64,000 nt of DNA from Tepidisphaera sp. (lineage in GTDB: Bacteria; Planctomycetota; Phycisphaerae; Phycisphaerales; UBA1924), in the NCBI GenBank assembly GCA_050916045.1, contig CP051526.1:96001-160000 (forward strand). Direction: 5' to 3'. Made by a program: the position numbers and the translations under genes. Of this stretch, positions 57,598 to 64,000 are shown in pieces. A model generated the notes under the pieces. The model saw only the letters and a list, made by a program, of their open reading frames with translations, had not been told where the DNA came from and did not search any database. Position 1 is the first letter of the stretch, and each line of letters starts with the position of its first letter.

Positions 57598-57797
57598 TCC
57601 TTCTGAGTCGAAGCCCGACCGCGCAGGAACTGCACCACAACGTGGGCGGACCAAACGGTAAACTGGGTAAACCTGCGGACCAGCAAACCCTCGCCAAGCG
57701 TGGCGAACGGCGTTCTTGCATAAAAATTCTTTCGCACGCGGCAACCCTCGCGGTTCATGGCGTCGAATGATCCTCTGCGTCGGAGGAGGTTCCCAGA

Positions 57798-59276
57798 ATG
57801 AGTGCACATACGTTGATTCGCGCCGTGGCCGGTTCCCTGGTCGCTCTCGCCGCTGCGGCTCCCGCCATGGCTCAGGTGACGTTCGTCCAGAAGGTCGGGT
57901 CGTATTCCCGCCCCATCTACGTGACCGCTCCCGGGGGGGATTTCAGCCGCATCTTCGTGATCGAGCAGTTCGCGACCGGCCCCGTCGGCCGGATCAAGAT
58001 CTTCCGCCCCGCCACCAGCACGAGCACCGATTTCCTCGTGCTCTCGGGGATTTCCAACGGTGATGAGCAGGGCCTGCTCGGCTTGGCTTTCCACCCCGAC
58101 TACGCCACCAACCGCAAGTTCTACATCAACTTCACGAACACCTCCGGCACGACGGTGATCCGCGAGTACACGACCCTGGCGAACAACCCCGACGCGGCCG
58201 ACACGGCCAGCGCGCGGACGATCCTGACGATCGCCCAGCCCCAGGCCAACCACAACGGCGGCTGGATCGGCTTCGGCCCTGACGGCATGCTCTACATCGC
58301 TTCGGGCGATGGCGGCGGCGCCAACGACGAGGGCTCGGGCCACACCACCGGCACCGGCAACGCCCAGGACATCACGAGCAACCTGCTCGGCAAGATGCTC
58401 CGCATCGACGTCAATGGGGATGATTTCCCGGCCGACGCGAACCGCAACTACCGCATCCCCGCGGGAAACCCTTTCATCGGGGTGACCGGCGATGATGAGA
58501 TCTGGTCCTACGGCCTCCGCAACCCCTGGCGCAACAGCTTTGACCGCCTGACCAACGACCTCTGGATCGCCGACGTCGGCCAGAACGTCTGGGAGGAGAT
58601 CAACCGTGAGCCCGCCAACACGCCCGGCCGCAACTACGGCTGGCGCTGCATGGAAGGGAACAACTGCACGGGCCTGACGGGCTGCACGTGCAACGCCGGC
58701 TCGCTCACGATGCCGGTGTACGTGTACCAGCACGCCAGCAGCCGCTGCTCGGTCACGGGCGGATACGTCTACCGCGGCTGCCTCAACCCCGCGCTCTACG
58801 GCCACTACATCTTCGCCGACTACTGCACGGGCGAGATCTGGGGCCGCAACCCCGACACGGGCGTCGTGACGCGTCTGGTCACCCTCGGCTTTGGCGTCAC
58901 GTCCTTCGGCGAAGACGCGTACGGCGAGCTTTGGGTCACGCGTCAGACCGGCGGCCGTGTTCTCCGCATGGAGCCCGCGGCCGGTGCCCCGGCGTTCACC
59001 GACTGCAATGGCAACAACCGCCCGGACTGCTGGGACCTGGCCGACGGCACGGCGACCGACAACAATGGCAACGGGATTCCCGACTCGTGCGACCCGCCCT
59101 GCGGCCCCGACTTCAACGGCGACGGCTTCCTCGACTTCTTCGACTACGACGCTTATGTCGAGTGCTTCGAGCTGAGCACGTGCCCGCCGGGCAAGTCGGC
59201 TGATTTCAACGGCGACGACTTCGTCGACTTCTTCGATTACGACGCGTTCGTCGCGGCGTTCGAGACCGGCTGCTGA
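57798..59276 (+). CDS. PQQ-dependent sugar dehydrogenase (GSDH family) with GC-type dockerin
   Basis: EQGLLGLAFHP, NHNGG..FGPDGMLY..GDGG, YGLRNPW, ADVGQ..WEEIN; DxNxNGxPD calcium repeats; dockerin tail. Confidence 0.9.
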   Translation: MSAHTLIRAVAGSLVALAAAAPAMAQVTFVQKVGSYSRPIYVTAPGGDFSRIFVIEQFATGPVGRIKIFRPATSTSTDFLVLSGISNGDEQGLLGLAFHPDYATNRKFYINFTNTSGTTVIREYTTLANNPDAADTASARTILTIAQPQANHNGGWIGFGPDGMLYIASGDGGGANDEGSGHTTGTGNAQDITSNLLGKMLRIDVNGDDFPADANRNYRIPAGNPFIGVTGDDEIWSYGLRNPWRNSFDRLTNDLWIADVGQNVWEEINREPANTPGRNYGWRCMEGNNCTGLTGCTCNAGSLTMPVYVYQHASSRCSVTGGYVYRGCLNPALYGHYIFADYCTGEIWGRNPDTGVVTRLVTLGFGVTSFGEDAYGELWVTRQTGGRVLRMEPAAGAPAFTDCNGNNRPDCWDLADGTATDNNGNGIPDSCDPPCGPDFNGDGFLDFFDYDAYVECFELSTCPPGKSADFNGDDFVDFFDYDAFVAAFETGC

Positions 59277-59339
59277 TCGCGGCGGTCCGCTCCGGGGCGA
59301 ATGCTCCAAGGCACCGGACCGGTCATCACCATCAACAAG

Positions 59340-59371
59340 CAAGGCCCGGCGGATCGTTCCGCCGGGCCTTG
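59340..59371. terminator. Hairpin between convergent genes, probable bidirectional terminator
   Basis: 14-bp perfect stem CAAGGCCCGGCGGA/TCCGCCGGGCCTTG with T-rich flanks. Confidence 0.75.
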
Positions 59372-59407
59372 TCGCTTTTCGTTCGCTCGTCACCGCACGC
59401 GGATCGC

Positions 59408-61240
59408 TCAGTACTTCACCGAGCCGTCATCGAGCGTGACCCGTCCGGCCTGCTCGTACGGGTCGTCGACGCAGATCTCCGCCAAGCGGCCGGTGATCTG
59501 GACCCGCTGGCCGGCGTAAAGCGTCGGCACCGAGGTCCTGGGGACCATCACGATCAGCACACGCTGGCCGCGCGGGCCCGGCGTCAGCGACCGGAACCAG
59601 AGCTGACGCTCGCCGTCGACGACCTTGTCGGCTTCGAACCCGACATCCCAGCCGCCTGCGGGCACGCGGCCCAGGAAGTTCGCTGAAGCCGTCGCGCGGT
59701 CCGAGGGGCTGACGCTCACCACCGCGCCGATCACCGCATCGGGCGTGTCGTTCCAACCCAGCACGCCCGCAAGCTCATCGCTGCGGTACACCGTGGGCTG
59801 ATACGCCGGCAGATTCACTTCAACCACACGCTCCGACGGGGCGTAGACGATCGTCGTCGAGGACGTCGCAACCGCGTCGCAGAAATCCACAAGCTCAAGA
59901 CGCGGCGAGGGGTCGTAGTACGTCGTGGTCGTCGTCACCGCGCTCGACCCGTACCACGTCGTCGTCGTGTACGTGACCGGCGGGCAATACACCGGCGTGG
60001 CGTAGTACACCGGGTAGGAGTAAATCACCGGCGAGTACCAATTGAACGAGAACGACCACCCGCTCCAGCACGACCGGCCCCATCCAAGGCCCCAGCCCCA
60101 GCGGTGCCGCGGCGACCAGCAGTCATCCCAGCGGCCGTCCCAGTATCCGTGGCGATACCCCCGGCGGAATCCGTCGCGATGGCCGTCGCGGTACCCGTCC
60201 CAGTAGTCGTTGGAGTCGTACGTCGTCCCGCACGAACCCGCGTAGCTGTCATCACGCGATCCCAAGCCGTTCGACCGGCGGTCGTACGGCGTCGCGCTGG
60301 CGATGCCGCTGAATCGCTGCGAGCGATCGCTCACCACCCGCGTGAGTTCCGGAGAGTCCGTGCGCGTGTCCACCCGGCGCGGGCCGGAGAAGCCGTCGCC
60401 GCGGCTGTCGCGGTCATTCCCCGAGCCGGAGGAGATCGACCGGATCGGCGTCTTCGCGGGTGCCACGGTGCCGCCGCCACCCGGCGTGATTCTCGGATTG
60501 CCCGAAGCGTTCCCGGAAGAGTTGCCCGCCGGCGTATCGCCGAGCCTCGGCTTGACGTTGACGCTGTTGCTCGGGCGAACCTGCTTGATCTCGCCCGGTC
60601 GAGCCCGGGACGGCGTGCCCGTGCCCGGGGACCCGGTGCTGGGTGAACCTGTGCTCGGTGAGCCCGCGGCCGGACCGCTCGGCGTCACCTTCACCGGCGC
60701 GCCGCCGCCCGGCGTTCCCCCGCTGGAGGGAAGGGGCTTGGTGGGCAACTGGCGGGTCGGCGTGGAAGGCTGCGTCCTGGGCGTCGACGGAGCGGGCGTC
60801 GAAGGCTGAACCCTCGGCGTTGACGGAGCGGGAGAGGACGGGCGCACCGCCGGCTGCGCCGGGGTCGCTTTAGGAGGCGTCACGTTTCGTGCAGGCTGAG
60901 AAGCAGGCTGAGAAGCAGGCTGAGCGGCCCGCTGCGGCGCGGGCGAAGGCTGCACGCGTGAAGGCTGAGCCGCAGCCGGCGCGGACCTGGGCGCCGCCGC
61001 CGGTGCCGGCCTCGAAGCCGCCGGCGCGCTCTGTGCCGGCGCTTTCGGCTGGGCTTGCGGTTGAGATTTCGGCTGGCTCATCGCGGGTCGCGACTTGGGC
61101 TCGGTGGCTGTGGCTTGGCCAAAGGCCGAAGCCGCACACGCCAGCCCGGCGCACACGGCAAGCGTCTGACCACGACGCCAAAGCGACGCGGCGCCACCTC
61201 GCACCCGAAGGAACGCGGCTGAGTCTTCATTTGTGAACAT
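59408..61240 (-). CDS. Secreted low-complexity Pro/Ser/Thr-rich protein with an aromatic-rich segment and a small C-terminal domain
   Basis: Signal-like segment ending AFGQ; QPAS and PSTP repeats; YxDGxRxG repeats; genome-typical codon usage. Start uncertain. Confidence 0.65.
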   Translation of the reverse strand: MFTNEDSAAFLRVRGGAASLWRRGQTLAVCAGLACAASAFGQATATEPKSRPAMSQPKSQPQAQPKAPAQSAPAASRPAPAAAPRSAPAAAQPSRVQPSPAPQRAAQPASQPASQPARNVTPPKATPAQPAVRPSSPAPSTPRVQPSTPAPSTPRTQPSTPTRQLPTKPLPSSGGTPGGGAPVKVTPSGPAAGSPSTGSPSTGSPGTGTPSRARPGEIKQVRPSNSVNVKPRLGDTPAGNSSGNASGNPRITPGGGGTVAPAKTPIRSISSGSGNDRDSRGDGFSGPRRVDTRTDSPELTRVVSDRSQRFSGIASATPYDRRSNGLGSRDDSYAGSCGTTYDSNDYWDGYRDGHRDGFRRGYRHGYWDGRWDDCWSPRHRWGWGLGWGRSCWSGWSFSFNWYSPVIYSYPVYYATPVYCPPVTYTTTTWYGSSAVTTTTTYYDPSPRLELVDFCDAVATSSTTIVYAPSERVVEVNLPAYQPTVYRSDELAGVLGWNDTPDAVIGAVVSVSPSDRATASANFLGRVPAGGWDVGFEADKVVDGERQLWFRSLTPGPRGQRVLIVMVPRTSVPTLYAGQRVQITGRLAEICVDDPYEQAGRVTLDDGSVKY

Positions 61241-61455
61241 GGGGGCCAATCTCTTGAAAGGCGAGAGCCGCACATCGCGGCCCGACAAAGAGAAGATACG
61301 CGATAAACCGCTTGAAGTGCCACAAAATCCGCGCGAACTTAGCGGACACAAACAAAGGGAGAGCCCAAGTTTCACAGATCGCGTCCGCAACCCGCACCAG
61401 TTCAGGTCGTACATTGTGCTATTCTGTTGCTTCGGCTACGGGAGGGTAACGGATC

Positions 61456-61980
61456 GTGGGAGATGGGTTGCAACGTGAAATCGGGAAACGTCAGGCATTC
61501 GCCTGTCTGGAGCAGGAAGCTTACCTGAACCTTTGGCGAACGCAGTCGGTCCTTTCGGGCGACTTTGCACGCCTGTTTAGGGGTCGTCGCCTCAACGAGT
61601 CTTCGTACAACGCCCTTCGGATTCTCCGAGGGGTCGGAGGCCAGGGGTGCTCGTGCGGCACCATCGGCTCCATGCTCGTCGCTCGCGTCCCGGATGTGAC
61701 TCGGATCATCAACCGGCTTGTGCGCGACGGTCTGGCCACGCGGCTTCGGTCCGCCGAGGATCGCCGGGTGGTGCGCGTGGCGATCACGACGATCGGGCTT
61801 GAGCGCCTGTCGAAGCTTGACGAGGAGGTGCTCGCGCTGCACCGTCGCCAGTTGGGCCACCTGCCGCAAGCGGACCTCGAAGCCCTGTGCCGGCTTCTCG
61901 AGACCGCCCGCTACCGGCCCGTTTCGTACTTGGACAACTCAGCCGAGTCGGGCGGTTCAGTCTCTGGCGAGGACGCTTGA
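61456..61980 (+). CDS. MarR family transcriptional regulator
   Basis: EQEAYLNLWRT, YNALRILRG, PDVTRIINRL, R..EDRRVV.V.IT..G. Confidence 0.9.
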   Translation: MGDGLQREIGKRQAFACLEQEAYLNLWRTQSVLSGDFARLFRGRRLNESSYNALRILRGVGGQGCSCGTIGSMLVARVPDVTRIINRLVRDGLATRLRSAEDRRVVRVAITTIGLERLSKLDEEVLALHRRQLGHLPQADLEALCRLLETARYRPVSYLDNSAESGGSVSGEDA

Positions 61981-63114
61981 CCGCTCGCGCCACAGCTTGT
62001 CCACCAGCGCCGTGACCGGGCTGGCTTCGGGCAGTTCCTGAGCGCACGCGACGAGCAGATCGATCAGCCCGTCGTAGTCCTCCAAGCTCACAAACTCGCA
62101 GCCGATTTTTGCGGGCTCGGTGTTCGTCTTGGCTTGCACAGCCGTGAGATCGGCCATGTTGTGGTAGTTGCCCAGCGCGAGGCAGACGCAGGTGGCTTCG
62201 TACCCGGCTTCGCAGAAGACCGAAGCTTCGCAGGCACCGCCCGCCATGAGCTTGCGCTGCCACTTCCACGCCGGCTTTCCCTCCTTGACCGACTGGGTCG
62301 CGAGGTCCTCGGCCCGCTTGGCGATCGCCGCGGTCAGGCATGGCGAGAAGACGCTGAGCCTGTCGCCCACGCGGACCACCGGGCCGCCGCCGATGGGGCT
62401 TTCGGGGAACGAGCGGCTGTTCTCCAGCGCGATGATGCGGGCGTCGCGCGGCAGGATCTTCTCTTTCACCGCCGCGATCGCTCCGACAAAGCCGATCTCC
62501 TCGGCCCGCGTGAAGAGGACCCGCACCGGCTGATTGGCGACCTGAAACCCGCGCCAGACGTCAAACGCCGAGAGCGCCGCGGCCACCGCCGAAAGGTCAT
62601 CGCACGCGTCCGTGTGGATGCAGCCGTCGATTTCCGACGCCGGGGGCAGCGCCCAGCGGCCGATGTCGCCCGGCACGATGCCGTCCGCCGGCTCGCCGAG
62701 TTTCACCCGCCAGAGGTTTCCGTACGCGTTCTCGCCGCATTTCTCCGCGACGCGGCCGAGATGCGGCTTGTTCTCATGATCGAGGACTTCGACCGTGGCC
62801 TGCTCGAAATACGCGTCCATGACTCCGCCGCGGAAGGACATCTCAAGCTCGCCTGGGCCTACCACCCGCTCGACCACAAACGCCGGGTGATCCAGATGCG
62901 CCGTGAAATAGAGCGGACGACCGCCGGGCTCGTGCGTGCGGGCAAGGGTGATGTTGCCGACCGCGTCCCGGGTCAGTGTGACGTCCGGCCGTTCAGCCGC
63001 CCAACGCTCGATCCAGCGTTCCACGCGATCCTCACGCCCGGCGGCGGTGGGGATCTGCGTGATCTCGAAAAGCCAGCGTCGGTGCAAGGCGCGAGTTTCC
63101 GTTGAAATCGACAT
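61957..63114 (-). CDS. M20/M28/M42-like metallopeptidase
   Basis: PTAAGRE, AHLDHP, ACDDL, RAEEIG, GGACEA, GNYHN. Confidence 0.8.
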   Translation of the reverse strand: MSISTETRALHRRWLFEITQIPTAAGREDRVERWIERWAAERPDVTLTRDAVGNITLARTHEPGGRPLYFTAHLDHPAFVVERVVGPGELEMSFRGGVMDAYFEQATVEVLDHENKPHLGRVAEKCGENAYGNLWRVKLGEPADGIVPGDIGRWALPPASEIDGCIHTDACDDLSAVAAALSAFDVWRGFQVANQPVRVLFTRAEEIGFVGAIAAVKEKILPRDARIIALENSRSFPESPIGGGPVVRVGDRLSVFSPCLTAAIAKRAEDLATQSVKEGKPAWKWQRKLMAGGACEASVFCEAGYEATCVCLALGNYHNMADLTAVQAKTNTEPAKIGCEFVSLEDYDGLIDLLVACAQELPEASPVTALVDKLWRERSSVLARD

Positions 63115-63239
63115 GGCGCGATTATACCGAACTTCGCACAAACGCTCGTCCGGTCGGGCGACGCCGCGCGGCTTCATGAACTCAGCCTGAGTTTCCGCTT
63201 AATCCGAACCTCGGCTGACGTTCATCCACGGCCGCAGAA

Positions 63240-63812
63240 TCAGCCTTGAACACCCTGATCCATGTCGATCCGCAGCCGTTCGAGCGCGGGGTGCCGTGAT
63301 TCTTTCTTCTCCCGAAGACGCTCGATGACCAAACCGGGCACCATTGCGCGGAGCGCCGACATGTCCGAGCCCATCGCCGTCACCTGCTTGATGAGACTGG
63401 AACTGGTATACGCGAAGCTCTGGCCGGCGACCACGAACGCGGTCTCGAGCCCCGCGACCTCGCGGTTCGTCACCGCTTGCTGGATCTCGTACTGCAGATC
63501 CGACAGGTTGCGAACGCCGCGGAGAAGCCCCGCCGCGTTGACCGACCGGGCGAAATCGACCGTCAGGCCGGCGAAACTCCGCACGGTCACTTTTGCGCCC
63601 TCGGGCTCGCGGGCCAGAAGTTCATCGACGAGGGCTTTGGCCATCTCGACCCGCTCTTCGGCGGAGAAGAGCTGGTCCTTCGCCGGGTTGCGGCCCACCG
63701 CGACGATCAACTCGTCGAACAGGCGGCGCCCGCGCTGGATCACATCGAGATGTCCGAACGTGATGGGGTCAAACGACCCGGGATAGAGAGCAAGGTGCTT
63801 GCGTGTGGCCAT
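63240..63812 (-). CDS. coaD: Pantetheine-phosphate adenylyltransferase
   Basis: YPGSFDPITFGHLDVI, LRGVR..SD..YE, SSSLIK. Confidence 0.96.
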   Translation of the reverse strand: MATRKHLALYPGSFDPITFGHLDVIQRGRRLFDELIVAVGRNPAKDQLFSAEERVEMAKALVDELLAREPEGAKVTVRSFAGLTVDFARSVNAAGLLRGVRNLSDLQYEIQQAVTNREVAGLETAFVVAGQSFAYTSSSLIKQVTAMGSDMSALRAMVPGLVIERLREKKESRHPALERLRIDMDQGVQG

Positions 63813-63931
63813 CAGCCGAGTGTATCCGGCGACGGTCTTTTCGTGCACGGCAGCGCAGCAAGGTCGGACGAGCGGCTCTCTGAGACGGATTCCTCCCCGG
63901 AGGATTCGCCCGGGGTCGCGAGGAGGCATCA

Positions 63932-64000
63932 ATGGACAATCTGAAATGCGTTTTTGGCCGCGTCTTCGGTCGCGCCTTGGCGATCTCGCCATTGGCTCTT
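63932..64000 (+). CDS. 5' end of a probable gene running off the window
   Basis: AGGAGG RBS then ATG; MDNLKCVFGRVFGRALAISPLAL looks like a signal peptide. Confidence 0.45.
   Translation, partial: MDNLKCVFGRVFGRALAISPLAL

Noticed and set aside
8098..59276. Recurrent DNA motif gacttcaacggcgac...gacttcttcgactacgac (about 16 copies) as a CRISPR, REP or mobile repeat
   Set aside because: All copies are in-frame dockerin-coding sequence, two per gene. There is no spacer array and no cas gene.

Overview
High-GC bacterial chromosomal window, most consistent with a Planctomycetota (Phycisphaerales-like) genome. That call is an inference from the many C-terminal 'GC-type' dockerin domains, PEP-CTERM-like VPAP/IPTP tails and a TPR Ser/Thr kinase. 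It holds about 52 CDS. Housekeeping genes (rplM-rpsI, pyrB, gmk, surE, nadE, tsaE, thiL, mrp, coaD, class 3 FBPase, ROK kinase, exbBDD) are interleaved with a large secreted arsenal, including eight unrelated proteins that all end in a near-identical double EF-hand/dockerin module closing in Gly-Cys. No rRNA, tRNA, CRISPR array, transposase or integrase was recognised. Most notable observations: (1) a 175-bp ungapped direct repeat (structured leader + RBS + signal-peptide start) in front of two unrelated dockerin genes, plus a third orphan signal-peptide copy, resembling an expression/cassette module; (2) an operon of a collagen-stalk fibre with an autocleaving-chaperone-like C-terminus, two M12 metalloproteases sharing a VNIGGNP tail, and a tiny dockerin adaptor; (3) a TAnnnT-N6-ATG signature before 11 genes, implying pervasive leaderless mRNAs; (4) TsaE fused to a cysteine-depleted YacG-like domain; (5) a shared PF-x-x-R pro-region motif in four secreted enzymes; (6) a circularly permuted LamG domain inserted in a GH95-like enzyme. 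All family calls come from motif recognition by eye, with no database search.
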